Shown here one piece after another: positions 32,284 to 46,700 of a DNA stretch of 55,170 nt. Source of the stretch: Tubiluchus corallicola (taxonomy: Eukaryota > Animalia > Priapulida); the NCBI GenBank assembly GCA_030141605.1, contig JAQGDQ010001211.1, positions 1-55,170 of the forward strand, given 5' to 3'. A program made the position numbers and the translations under genes. Every line of letters begins with the position of its first letter. Position 1 is the first letter of the stretch. The notes under the pieces were generated by a model that was not told the origin of the DNA, did not search any database, and was given only the letters and a program-made list of their open reading frames with translations.

Positions 32284-34479
32284 TTACATGTGTCCTTCAA
32301 TCAAACATAATTGATTAATATGTCGTCTTAGAATGCCAGAAGCTGTCTTCAATGTTGCAAACCGCACCAAACCATCTTCTTCCGGACTGGCTACTATTAC
32401 TCTGCCTAGAGCCCAGCTGCTTCGCGGAGTCTGGATGTCTTTAATTAAGACGATGTCACCTTCTTGGATGTTTTTCTTGACTCTGTTCCATTTAGACCTT
32501 TGTTGGAGCATAACTATATATTCCTTCTTCCACCTTTGCCAAAATATGTTGGCCATATGTTGAATGTGGCGCCATCTTCTTGTGTACACATCACAGTCGG
32601 TGAATTTTCCAGGTGGTAGAGTAGGACCATTGCGCAGCAACAGCAAGTGATTAGGAGTCAGAGGTTCGCAATCGCGAATGTCATCTGAAACTACAGAAAT
32701 CGGACGACTATTCAGGATATTCTCAACCTGACAAAAATATGTGTGTAATGCTTCATCATCTATGGTGTGCTTGTCCATGATAAAGGTAAGTGTTCGTTTT
32801 ACGCTCTTTATCAGGCGCTCCCAAACTCCTCCAGTGTGTGGAGACTGAGGAGCATTAAATCGCCATTCGATTCCCTTTTTTTGTAATGCCTTGGAAATGT
32901 CCTCATTGTTCCACTGCTCGATTGATCTCTTCAGTTCACGATCTGCTCCAGTTAAATTAGTGCCACAATCAGATCGCAGCATCTTGGGTTCTCCTCTTCG
33001 ACAAACAAATCTTTGGATAGCATTAATTAAGGAGTCACTTTCCATTGTATATAGAATTTCCAGATGGACTGCTCTGGTGGCTAAGCAGGTGAATATAAGA
33101 CCATACCTTTTGACAAATGTTCTTGCTCTTTTGACATGATAAGGTCCAAAACAATCCAAACCAGAAAACTCGAAAGCAGCAGAGTCTTGCACCCTTTCAT
33201 CCGGTAAATCAGACATTTTCTGTTGCATCATATTACCAAGTTTTCTTCGGCAAAGTCTGCACTCTCGTATTAGTCTCTTCGTCATGACCCTCAAACCGAT
33301 TATCCAATATCTGGATCTCACCAATGAAATGACATGCTCCTTACCAGCATGACCGTAAGCCTCATGATAATGAAGCACAATTAGTTCTGCAAAATGATGT
33401 TTTGGCAACACGATGGGATGCTTCGCACTATAAGCAATATTCGCATGTCTCAGGCGACCTCCAATAATCATGATGCCTTTGTCAGACAAAACCGGGTCAA
33501 GCTTATATAGGCAACTGGATTTGGCTACAAGTTGTCCTGATAACAAAGCTTCATACTCATTAGTAAAGTACAGCTTTTGCAGAGTTCTGACAATTTCATT
33601 ATGTGCGTCGTTTATCTCCGACATTGACAAGTTTGGAGTAAGAAGTAAAGTCTTGTTGGTGACCTTGGCCCATAAGATGTGTTTGAATCGCAGCATCCAA
33701 GCGACTGCCCTGGTGAATTTGTATGATGATGAGAAGTGAACCACCATTTTGTCTATTGGGTTCAACATGTCTTGCACCAAATTGACTTCTACAGATTTCT
33801 TTACCTCGCTGTCATTTTTAAGGAGATCTTCCTGTTTTGAGAGATCTAAGCTGGGCCACTCACTTGCGTGTTTCAGAAGAAAGCTTGGTCCATTGATCCA
33901 TCTGCTGGATGCTAGCAGACTATTTGCATCTAAACCTCTACTGACATCATCAGCGGGATTTTGATTTGAAGTGACATGTCTCCATTGCTCAGGAGATGAT
34001 CTTTGCAGTATATACGACACCCGATTGTTCACAAAGGTATGGAAACGTTTTGTATCATTAGTCAAGTACTGCAGTACAATTAGGCTGTCCGTCCAAAAGA
34101 ATGAGCTAACTATATCTAAATCCAGTTCGCTCCGCAGCATATAATCCATCTTTGCAGCCAAAGTTGCACCAGATAGTTCGAGTCGTGGGACTGTCATACC
34201 CTTTGCAGGGGCGAGGCGAGATTTTCCTATTAGAAACGTGCAGAATACATCATCATTACAGTTTTCTGCCCGAATGTATGAAACGGTTCCATAAGCGTAA
34301 CACGAAGCATCACAAAAGTGATGAAGCTGAAAGTTTATGCATTTTCCAAAATCAGCTGGCTTAATGCATCTTCGGACATATAGGTTTTCCAAGATCGGCA
34401 AATAATCCAGCCAACGCTGCCATCTTTTTTGGATACCACTGTCCAATTCATCATCCCAAGACTTCCTGTGAAGCGCCAT
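32284..34479 (-). mobile_element. BEL/Pao pol 3' half: RNase H (Peptidase_A17-type), HHCC, DDE integrase, DUF5641-like tail; intact 731-aa ORF
   Basis: SWDD, HFCDAS, PRLEL, WTDS, NPAD..SRG, HYH..GH..CRLC, GLDCFGP, SDCGTN, GVWERLI, PLTPNHLL, FWQRWKKEY. Confidence 0.92.
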
Positions 34480-34999
34480 TGCTAAGTAGTGTGTAACTAG
34501 TTGTTATAAGAGAAACATCCGTAGTACCACTTTCACTGTTTTGCTACATAGACGCTGGTTCAGAAATAGCACTGCCTAAGCGAAACTAAGAGTACAATTT
34601 CTAGGTCAAAACAATTTTGTTGCTCGCAGCATGTTGAAAGTCGCCAGCTATAGTTTACCTTCGTTCGTCTGTACAACGTGTTTTGGGTTGTAGAGATAAT
34701 TCAGATCGATGCCGCTAGATGGCGCAATCGCTTTTCACCCGGTCTATGAAATGTTCTTCTGGTTTGCAAATTATACCGCGTGGCGTATAGTCTTCTCTAG
34801 GGGGTGGGGGGGGGGGGCGGGGAGTGGGGTGAAACAACAAATAATGGTACGGATTGACCTGTTACATGAAAGTACTACCCATGTATTAGTGAATTAGTCA
34901 TACCGTCAAATTTTAATGTGGAAATGTCGTGGGTTTTGCCAGCTCGTAATCTTGGGGAGTAGACCTAGATAGGTTTGAGCAGTGAGTTGAAGAAGTCAA

Positions 35000-35051
35000 G
35001 ATCCCTCAACAAGATCCCTCAACATGATCCCTCAACAAGATCCCTCAACAA
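35000..35051. repeat. 13-bp tandem repeat x4
   Basis: gatccctcaacaa. Confidence 0.9.
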
Positions 35052-38026
35052 ATTTTGAAAATGTCTCACAAGCTTATCCATCTGAATACTGATCAATGTA
35101 ATGTTTCTAGGCGGCCATTTTGTCCTTCAAGAAAGTTTTTTTACAACATAATACATTCGCCATTCAACAATCTTTTAATGCAATAATTTTTTATACCGTG
35201 AGATGGTTTTGTGTCTATGTCAAGATACTTGTGTATATTACCTCTATGCTATGTTTATTTTAGATAAGATTCTACTTGTAAACGTGTGCTTTAGTTTTTT
35301 TTATATAGGTGTATTTTGCTGTAGCTAATATCATTTTTTACTTTACTAGTTGTGTTTTTGTTCACTCCTACTGCACCGTAAATGACTATAAAAAAGCTTC
35401 AGTACGAAGTGAACGTCAAGCTCTGAACAGAATAAGACCTCCAAGAATGACAAATCAGGTGGCAATAACCAATTTGTTTGTCTTGTGGAATTGGAATTTT
35501 TTTTTTGATGATTAATGCTAATATGACGGATAAAAGCTATGTCACAATTTTTTTTTCATACACCCGTTTGAGTAGTGAGTTCGCACTTAAAACTAAGTTT
35601 AAAAAAAATCGTTTTTCGTCTTTTGGTTTTAACAAACTTTGTATCAGCTTTACACTGTAGCAACGGCACGGATTCTGTGCATCACTTTGGTTGCTTCAGT
35701 TATTTATTATTAATAGAGTTCTATTATTCCAGCTTTTTTATAAAAATTGCTGTAGATTTAAATGTTAAAAATCCAAGACGAAGTGTATTTCTCTTTGATT
35801 TAAAAACGTTCATTTATAAGAATGTCAGTTTAAATAATCTCAGTCAATGATTTCAATTATAAATGCTATGGAATTATCCAAAAACTGCATTATGCCTGCT
35901 GAAGTATAAATGTAGCAGACTTAGATTTTTTTGTTAATCTTACTTACATATTCGTGCACGAGGCGCCATCTGTGGCGGGAATGTAAAGCTTTTGGTTTTG
36001 GTCAGTTTTTCACCTGCTAGTCACCTGTCTGTTTTACTCACCTGTGTTCTGAACAGTCAGGTTAATCCACTTTATGGGATATGTGAGACATTTATGTACT
36101 GATTATGTTACAATAAAGCATTCAGTGCTATTAACCTCTGTTCACAGTGTTTTTATGACTACAATAAAGTACTAATAAAATGTTGTTCATTAAGTAACAG
36201 CATGCATGTAGTACGATAAGTTTAACTCTTATTTCAAAATTTGATTTTTTTTGCATTAAAGTTGCACCAGTTTGCTAAATATCCAACAATAATTTAAATA
36301 ATAATTTAATTTAAATTTAAACAGGTTATTAAATTGGTTATTGTGAGTTATTTAACAAATTGATGTCATCCTTGCTAAGTTGCTACATTAAGAATTTGAC
36401 AACTGCATACAGTGTATGTCATGTTCTTTGGCTTTTACGATTGTTTTTTTACTTTTATTTCACAAGGATGGCATAACTTTTCTACAGATTTATGTCACAA
36501 AACTACAGATTTTTGAACTTTTTCGATGATCTGTTTCCATCCTAGGGACGAACTCAAGGCCATGTGTTATCTTCATAGCAGGCCAGAAAGCAAGAGCTGC
36601 AAACCTTTTTTAAAGAATACATGCTTCTCCGGAGCAGTATTTACTCCATGCACTCTATGCCGGCGTCCGGACAGAAAACCGGAAGTGCTCCTGCCAAAAA
36701 GCCGCCTCCACGAGAAGTTATTGAGAAGGAGAGCATCCGTTCTTGTGTTGGCACAACTGTAATTCTCTCATTAAAACCAGAAAATTGTCAACTTAGATGT
36801 CAAAGAAAACCTATTTATCAGGTGAAGCAGTAGCAAGTTTTAATTGCATAGGTTAAAGACAAAATTCTGCAGAGAATTTGACTCAAAATTTGTGATACAT
36901 GTCCTGCTTGTTTTTGTTATAGTTTAAAATTTTATGTACCATTTTTGGAAATAAAAAGTACATTGTTATGTTGATTGTTTACGCTAAATGTGTTTTTTTA
37001 ATAAAAATATTGTATCAGTACTCCTAAGGTCGAGCATACTGTGAATTATTTCATTTTTTTATATATTTCATTTTTCATTGAATAAGTTTTTCGTAATTTT
37101 TATAAAGAAACTAAAACATGAGAACGTTGTAACGCGTAGTTTCCAAAAATATTACTTAACTGAAGCGCAAAAGGCCATGAATGTTCACGAAATGAATTTT
37201 TGTTTTATTAACTATATTTGCCGCTAACAGATGGCAGCACAATAACGAAAGCACGTGCAAGAACGTGAGGCATCTTATAAGCCGGCAGCGTAGTAGATGA
37301 ACAACAGGAAATGTTAGACTGTATGTGTTTAACTATATGATGATTTTAATGCTTGTGTCCATCTGCCTAATGCAACCAAATGAAGAAATTACAATTAAAT
37401 ATTAATTGCACAACGTAATTAACGTAACCATCCGACATATTTAAAGAGGAATGCAAACTAACTGAAGATCAAATTTCTATTGTATCTCCGTGGATATTTG
37501 AAATACAATAAAAGCAAGAGATTTCTCTTTTTTGTACCTTGACTGAATTAAATGAAATTTCAACGTTTATGACGGAGGATAGAAATAATTGTTTGGCACT
37601 TTCAAGTATAATTATTAAAGTTAATAATTGTCATTTCTGTCTGTTTATTGTTTTGTTTTCCCGTTCTATAATTTTGTGCGTTATTATATTCATGTATGTA
37701 TTGTAAATATGTAACTAATTATATTTGTAAATATACGACAACAATGGCGGCCGGCTGCGGTAGGACTACTGGTAGTTGTTCGTACGGTGGAAGAGGTTAT
37801 ACTGCAAAAGACAAAAGAACAACATTGAAGATCAAAACACTACTTGAATAAACGCGCATTGTTGCAAATAAGCAAACGAAACAGCAAAAAGTCAGTAAGC
37901 AAAGAATTAAACAAACGAGTAAGCAAGCGTGAAAACAGCAAACAAAACCTACCACCTCCAACCATTTTCACAACATGCAGTACCAAGTCATTGTTTACTT
38001 TTTTATTATCAAATGTTTTAGCCGTA

Positions 38027-41000
38027 AACGTGTAATAATCGCTCGTTTTTTAATATGGATTTTATGAAAAGCTGACCCAGTAACTGCTTGTGGTGTGTTA
38101 TTAAATGCGTTGTTAAAATGTTGTTGAAAAGCTGACCCAGTAACTGCTTGTGGTGTGTTATTAAATGCGTTGTTAAAATGTTGTGTTCTCGTTAATAGAA
38201 CGTTAATTATACATTTAGTTTAAACATCATTTATGGGAGTATACATGCAGAATAAAAGTATCTGATTTGTTTAAATACAAAAATTGTTTATTTACAATAC
38301 ACAATATACGCAATAAAGAATATTTACAGCACAAAGAATTTATGGAATGTATATAATTCAGAAGGTTTATCAAAAGTAATTTACGAATTATGGTGAGGGC
38401 GGTTACCAAAATCGGTTGTAAAAAATCGTGACCCTACAAGGGTTAAGCAAAACGTACCATTTCATGATCAAACCAACTATAGATAAACAAATAGGTGCCT
38501 AGCATTTAAAAAATATGAAAAGTTCTTATCTAGACACAGTTAACTTATAAATTCTTGACACACATACTAACATTACATGGGTAAACATAAAAACACTGAA
38601 AATAGTGGTTACACTACGAGGAATCTTATTTTCGCGTGTTAGTTAGGCAACATGTGACCCGGCCACATTTCTATACAAAAATCATTAATGCAATTTCACA
38701 CGAATCAAGACTTAAACAACTCATATCATTTCATTAAGGTATATATTTACAATGGAGAAAAAAGTAAAAAAACTCCAATTTGTATTATTTCATCAAGCAA
38801 TATTCAAACAATTCATATCATTTCATTAAGCAACTTATTTACAATGGAGAAAAAAGTAAAAAAACTCCAATTTGTATCATTTCATCAAGCAATATTCAAA
38901 CAATTCATATCATTTCATTAAGCTATATATTTACAATGGAGAAAAAAGTAAAAAAAACTCCCAATTTTGAATCATTTCATCAAACAATATTCAAAAAAAA
39001 TTCTGTATTTACATATTTACATAATTCTGTAGTTATAGCAGTGGTTATACTATGAGTTAAGCTGCTATATTATGTACTTATGAAGGCTCGGTAACTGGAC
39101 CCATGGAGGACTCCGTATTTTTGTTATGATCATTATTATGTTCATTAAAATATGTGCAGAAAAAATGTTCAAAACGTTTCAAATATGTTCAACTGAACAT
39201 TTCTTTCATGTTCAAAAATGTTCATTATTCTATTCATGTTCAAAAATGTTCAATTCTAATATTGAGAACAAGTTAAAGTTGATTCAAGACAACTGCTCCT
39301 GTTCATTTTAATGTCAGCAACAAGCTAAAACTGATTCAACGCAGATTCTCTTTGGAGGTTATAAGCAAAAATATTTATTTCAATGTTGGCACGTTAAAAG
39401 CCAATGCAAGACAGCTTTGTACTGGGAGAATGTGCCAAGTCAAAAGCCAGTGCAAGATGACCCAAATTTCTCTCGGGAGGTTTGGAGAATTACATTTCAA
39501 TTTGAACGTTAATTGCTATTTGCAATTTAGAGCTTCAGCATCATCAGCGGAATACATTACAGGTGGATTCAATATAAAAGTGCTTACATATTTAGCATAA
39601 TATTTAAAGTTGACATTCAACACAAATTTTCTGCAATGCATTGTATTCTAAAGTGCAATATATGCTGCAATTAACTGCAATATATCACAGCAGCTGCAGT
39701 ATATTGTATTAATTGTAACATATCCTATAAGCTGCGATATTTCTAGAAACTGCAACCTTCAACAAACAACAATATACCATACAAGCTGCACTATATTCTA
39801 TTAATTGTTAACGTATCCCCTATAAGCTACAGTATGTTAAGTTAGTTGCACTGTATCGTATACAAGTTGAGCATAAAAACTAACTATTTATAAAATAGAG
39901 GGACCACGATGCTAATGATGCTGGATGTTTGTGAGGCGGCAGTTACCGAGCAGATGAGGAGGAATTTTCTGAAGAGCAGGGGGAGGGGGATTGAAAACAA
40001 TAATCATTAATAATAATTTCTGTTCCTGGTGCTTTAATTAAGAAGCGAAATTGTTCAAAGTACGCTCAAAACATTTTAAAGATTTGAAGCACCAATGTTG
40101 CTATAATTAAGAAGCGTAATTGTTCATTAAGAAGCGTAATTGTTTAAAGTACGCTCAAAACATTTTAATGATTTGAAACACCAATGTTGCTTTAATTAAG
40201 AAGCGTAATTGTTCATTAAGAAGCGTAATTGTTCAAAGAACGCTCAAAACATTTTAATGATTTGTAGCATAAAAAGTGTTCATAATAGAATTGATCCCCC
40301 TCCCATGCCGATAGTGACCAGGCGGTGGGAAGCTAATTTTTAACAACATGGCGACACATATTTCAGCCATATTTAATTGATTGTATATTCAAACGTTATC
40401 TATACATGGACAGCCATGGTTACGATATTAGGCAACATCTTTAAATTATGCAAGGTGGCAAACTTGTGCCTATAGTCAAAATAACAGCTTGACTATATAC
40501 AAGGTTGTGTGTCATAATAGCAATTATTTTCATAGAAGAAACATTCAGCCATTATTCCTCATATGCTGGGAAAGGATGAACAAATCTTTGTATGACAAAA
40601 TGATTGAAATTAACATTACTGGTTCATGTAAAAAATGTAGTGATAGTGATCAACGTGTCACATAAAATGATGTGATAGTAACGAAAAAACTGCCATCAAG
40701 GCGTCAAATGAAGAGACATGATAACGTGATGCGAGTCACTATTAATGTCTTCATCGAGTAACATGATACATAGCCATGTCACAGTATAGTGATGGATGTT
40801 ATAGAACAGTAATGGAAAGTACCATCATCAACGTGTCAATAAAATGATGCAATAGTAACGAAAAAACTGCCATCAAGGCTACAAATGAAGAGACATGGTA
40901 ACGTGACGCGTGTCACTATTAATGTCACGTGAAAAACTGCCATCAAGGCGACAAATGCATTATAAGAGAGAAACTTAATATTTTAAAGAATTGTCTTGAT

Positions 41001-42350
41001 GAAATTGAACATAATTACTGATTATTAATCAGTACTAAAGCAGTAAACAAGTAAAACTGATAACAGTGGTGGCAACTACTGCTAATATATCACATAAAGT
41101 GACATGACAATGACGAAGGTAAATGGTACCGAAACTAGAATATTTCAAAAAATGCCAGGCCATCAGGGAAAAACTCCTGTCATGACATATGGAGAAATGC
41201 ACGTTATGAAAGATTGCACAGTTAAAACTGCTTGATAAAGTTGAACGTAACAGTCGGCATTGAAACTGTACCAACAATAACGGTACAGAAAACAGCCGCT
41301 ATTTAAAGATTGCAAGATCAAAATTCATTTGTTGAAACTGAACATGATCATTGAAAAATACTGTACGAAAAAAGGTTCCTTAAAGATAGCACGTTCAAAA
41401 CTCCATTAAAGATGAACGATTGTTGACAAAATTGAAAGTTATCGGCATTGAACTAGTGCCAAAAATTATAGAACATACAAAAACTCCATTAAAGATTGAA
41501 CGATTGAAATTGCAGTGAATAAAATTGAAAGTTATCGGTATTGAACTCGTACCAACAATTATAGAACATACAAAAACTCCATTAAAGATTGAACGATTGA
41601 AATTGCAGTGTATAAAATTGAAAGTTATCGGTATTGAACTCGTACTAACAATTATAGAACATACAAAACTCCATTAAATATTGAACGATTGAAATTGCCG
41701 TGGATAAAATTGAAAGCTATCGGTATTGAACTCGTACTAACAATTATAGAACATACAAAACTCCATTAAAGATTGAACGATTGAAATTGCCGTGGATAAA
41801 ATTGAAAGTTATCGGTATTGAACTCGTACTAACAATTATAGAACATACAAAACTCCATTAAATATTGAACGATTGAAATTGCCGTGGATAAAATTGAAAG
41901 TTATCGGTATTGAACTCGTACTAACAATTATAGAACATACAAAACTCCATTAAAGATGAACGATTGTGGATAAAATTGGAAGTTATGGGCATTGAACTCG
42001 TACCAACAATTATAGAACATACAAAACTCCATTAAACATTGAACGATTGAAATTGCAGTGTATAAAATTGAAAGTTATCGGTATTGAACTCGTACTAACA
42101 ATTATAGAACATACAAAACTCCATTAAATATTGAACGATTGAAATTGCCGTGGATAAAATTGAAAGTTATCGGTATTGAACTCGTACTAACAATTATAGA
42201 ACATACAAAACTCCATTAAAGATGAACGATTGTGGATAAAATTGGAACTTATGGGCATTGAACTCGTACCAACAATTATAGAACATACAAAACTCCATTA
42301 AATATTGAACGATTGAAATTGCCGTGGATAAAATTGGAAATTTATCGGTT
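38027..42350. repeat. ~4.3 kb non-coding module, copy 1
   Basis: Colinear with 43749-48075. Confidence 0.85.
41380..42350. repeat. ~92-bp minisatellite (~10-11 units, some ~80 bp)
   Basis: aaaactccattaaagattgaacgattgaaattg...gaacatac. Confidence 0.9.
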
Positions 42351-42351
42351 T

Positions 42352-42665
42352 AAATTGTGATTTACGTGATTTACTGTAATTATGATTTGAGTTACTTATT
42401 TTACGTAGTTACTGTAATTATGATTTGAGTTACTTATTTTCCGTAGTTACTGTAATTGTGATTTACGTGATTTACTGTAATTATGATTTGAGTTATTTAT
42501 TTTACGTAGTTACTGTAATTATGATTTGAGTTACTTATTTTACGTAGTTACTGTAATTATGATTTGAGTTACTTATTTTACGTAGTTACTGTAATTGTGA
42601 TTTACGTGATTTACTGTAATTATGATTTGAGTTACTTATTTTACGTAGTTACTGTAATTATGATT
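42352..42665. repeat. ~38-bp/24-bp compound minisatellite
   Basis: ttactgtaattatgatttgagttacttattttacgtag. Confidence 0.9.
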
Positions 42666-42796
42666 CTACATTTCAAATTACATTTCAAAAGGACTAGACT
42701 GAAAACTAGTTAATTTAAGTTCAACTTTTACAATCTTGTTTGAACACTGTATTGTTTATTGAGACTGTGTCAATAATTTATTTTAGATTGGTTTTC

Positions 42797-43205
42797 AGAT
42801 TAGATTAGATCAGATCAGATCAGATCAGATCAGACCAGACCAGACCAGACCAGACCAGATCAGATCAGACCAGACCAGACCAGACCAGACCAGACCAGGC
42901 CAGGCCAGGCCAGATTTCTTTCTTTCTTTCTTTGTTTCTTTCATATCTTCCTTCCTTCCTTCCTTCCTTCCTGCCTGCCTGCCTGCCTGCCTGCCTGCTT
43001 TCTTTCTTTCTTTCTTTCATATCTTCCTTCCTTCCTTCCTGCCTGCCTGCCTGCCTGCCTTCCTGCCTGCTTTCTTTCTTTCTTTCTTTCTTTCTTTCCT
43101 TCCTTCTTCCTTTCTTTCATATCTTCTTTCTTTCTTTCTTTCATTCATTCTTTCTTTCTTTTTTTCTTTATTTCTTCCTTCCTTCGTTGCTTCCTTCTTT
43201 CTTTC
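42797..43205. repeat. Compound microsatellite (CAGAT>CAGAC>CAGGC, then CTTT/CCTT/CCTG)
   Basis: Direct reading. Confidence 0.95.
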
Positions 43206-43748
43206 TTTACTCATTTGGTTATTTATTTATTTCCAGCGGAATTACATATTTCAGCCAATCAGGTATAAGACAATATTTCATTAGTTCGTGAGAAACATAA
43301 GGGCCTCGCCATTTGCAGGACACAAATAAACTATGGTTGCTCACAATGTAAATTTCCAAAATTTGCAAAACAGACTACGTGAATGAAATATAAATAAATG
43401 TGTTCATGTCTATTGCATAAAATGCTAACACAACACAAGCTGTTTCATCTGCATCTACATCCTTACGTATCAAAACCTTTTTAAACAGCCCGGGAGATGT
43501 CGCCACTCGTGTAAGTTCATTTACAGTAGCACCCATTCCATTAATTCTTGGCTGCAGCCTGTAAACTTTCTGTAAAATTTTTATGAAGTTTTGCACACAT
43601 TATTAATATGAATTGTTGTCAGCAATTTATTTACAATTAGAACAGTCATGTGATCACTTTATCAAGCAATTTATTTACAATCAGAACAGTCACGTGATCA
43701 TTTTATCAAGCAATTTATTTACAATCAGATCAGTCATGTGATCACACT

Positions 43749-46700
43749 AACGTGTATTAATCGCTCGTTTAATAAGGATCTTATGAAAAGCTGACTCAGT
43801 AACTGCTTGTGGTGTGTTATTAAATGCGTTGTTAAAATGTTGTGTGTTCTCGTTAATAGGACGTTTGTCCTGTAATTATATATTTAGTTTAAGCACCATT
43901 TATGGGAGTATACAAGCAGAATAAAAGTATCTGATTTGTTTAAATACAAAAATTGTTTATTTACAATACACAACGAAAAATATCCAAGCAATAAGCAATT
44001 ATGGTGTGGGGGCGGGGAATCGTGACCCTTCAAGGGTTAAGCAAACATACTAACATTACATGAATAAACATAAAAACACTCCAATTTACATTTCAAGAAC
44101 AAGTCAAATCATTTCATCAAACTATTTACAATGGAGAAAAAAGTAAAAAACTCCAATTTACATTTCAAGAACAAGTCAAATCATTTCATCAAACTATTTA
44201 CAATGGAGAAAAAAGTAAAAAACTCCAATTTACATTTCAAGAACAAGTCAAATCATTTCATCAAACTATTTACAATGGAGAAAAAAGTAAAAAACTCCAA
44301 TTTACATTTCAAGAACAAGTCAAATCATTACATCAAACTATTTACAATGGAGAAAAAAGTAAAAAACTCCAATTTACATTTCAAGAACAAGTCAAATCAT
44401 TTCATCAAACTATTTACAATGGAGAAAAAAGTCAAAAACTCTGATGAAATTTACAATGGAGGAAAAAGTAAAAAAACTCCAATTTACATTTCAAGAACAA
44501 GTCAAATCATTTCATCAAACAATTTACAATGGAGAAAAAAGTAAAAAACTCCAATTTACATTTCAAGAACAAGTCATATTATGAACACCAAACAATTTAT
44601 TTACAATGGAGAAAAAAGTAAAAAAACTCCAATTTGCATTTCAAGAACAAGTCATATCATTTCATCAAACAATTTATTTACAATGGAGAAAAAAGTCAAA
44701 AAACTCCAATTTGTATCATTTCATCAAACAATATTCAAAAAACTTCTGTATTTACATATTTACATAATTCTGTAGTTATAGCAGTGGTTATACTAAGAGT
44801 TAAGCTGCTATATTATGTACTTATGAAGGCTCGGTAACTGGACCCATGGAGGACTCCGTATTTTTGTTATGATTACTATTATGTTCATTAAAATATATGT
44901 AGAAAAAATGTTCAAAACGTTCCAAATATGTTCAACTGAACATTTCTTTGATGTTCAAAAATGCTCATTCTGACATTGCGAACAAGTTCAAGATTCAACT
45001 TCTCCTGTTATGAGCAAAAATATTCATTTTAATGTCAGCAAAAAGCTAACACAGTTTCTCTTTGGAGGTTATAAGCAAAATAATTTATTTCAATGTTGGC
45101 AAGTTAAAAGCCAGCGCAAGACAGCTTTGTACTGTGAGAATGTGCCAAGTCAAAGGCCAGTGCAAGATGACCCAAATTTCTCTCCGGAGGCTTGGAGAAT
45201 TACGTTTCAATTTGAACGTTAATTGCTATTAGCAATTTAGAGCTTCAGCATCATCAGCGAATACATTACAGTTTCTCGGATTTTTTAATATAAAATATAA
45301 AAGTGCTTACATATTTAACATAATATTTAAAGTTGATATTCAACACAAATTTTCTGCAATGCATTGTATTCTAAAGTGCAATATATTCTAGTAATTGTCA
45401 CATATCCCATAAGCTGCAATATTCTATTAACTGCCATATATCGTAGCAACTGTAGCATATTCTATTAATGGTAACATGCACTATATGCTGCAATATTCTG
45501 TTAACTGCAATATATCGTAGCAACTGCAGTATATTCTATTAATGGTAACACGTCCTATAAGCTGCAATATTGTGTTGCAATATTCTATTAACTGCAATAT
45601 ATCGTAGCAACTGCAGTATATTCTATTAATGGTAACATACACTATAACTGCAATATTCTGTTAACTGCAATATATGTAGCAACTGCAGTATATTCTATTA
45701 ATTGTAACACGTCCTATAAGCTGCGATATTTCTAGAAACTGCAACCTTCAACAAACAACAATATATCATACAAACTGCAATATGTTCTATTAATCGTTAC
45801 ATCTCCTTTAAGCTGCAGTATTTCTAAAAACTGCAGTATACTGTATAAGCTACAGTGTGTTAAGTTATTTGCACTGTATCGTATACAAGTTGTGCAAAAA
45901 AACTATTTATAAGATAGAGTGACCACGATGCTGATGATGCTGGATGTTTGTGAGGCGGCAGTTACCGAGCCGATGAGGAGGAATTTTCTGAAGAGCAGGG
46001 GGAGGGGGATTGAAAACGATCATTAATAATAATTTCTATTTCTGGTGCATTAATTAAGAAGCGTAATTGTTTAAAGTACGCTCAAAACGCTTTAATGATT
46101 TGAAGCACAAATGTTGTTTTAATTAAGAAGCGTAATTGTTTAAAGTACGCTCAAAACGCTTTAATGATTTGAAGCACAAATGTTGTTTTAATTAAGAAGC
46201 GTAATTGTTTAAAGTACGCTCAAAACGTTTTAATGATTGAAGCACAATGTTTTTATTAAGAAGCGTAATTGTTTAAGTACGCTCAAACGTTTTAAGATTG
46301 AATTATTAAGAAGCGTAATTGTTTAAAGTACGCTCATGAAGCACCAATGGTTCTTTAATTAAGAAGCGTAATTGTTTAAAGTACGCTCAAAACGTTTTAA
46401 GGATTCGAACCGTTAAAAGTTTTCATAATAGAATTGATCCCCCTCCCATGCCGATAGTGACCAGGCGGTGGGAAGCTAATTTTTAATAACATGGCGACAC
46501 ATATTTCAGCCATATTTAATATTTTAGCCATATTTAATTGATTGTATATTCAAACGTTATGTATACATGGACAGCCATGGTTACAATATTAGGCAACATC
46601 TTTAAATTATGCAAGGTGGCAAACTTGATGCCTATAGTCAAAATAAACGCTTGACTATATACAAGGTTTTAATTATGCAAGGTGGCAAACTTGATGCCTA

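Noticed and set aside
32333-34364. Plus-strand ORFs over the BEL pol
   Set aside because: Antisense shadows of the retroelement ORF.
36526-36833. GC-richer overlapping short ORFs with a CxxC motif
   Set aside because: No recognisable domain; cannot be supported without a search.
38425-38446. piggyBac-like terminus (..AGGG|TTAA; also 44020-44040)
   Set aside because: No matching opposite terminus or transposase in the window.
42932-43291. Low-complexity ORFs on both strands
   Set aside because: Tetranucleotide microsatellite translations.
44131-44544. 137-aa ORF with 24-aa repeats
   Set aside because: By-product of a 72-bp minisatellite; neighbouring units and the paralogous array change frame.
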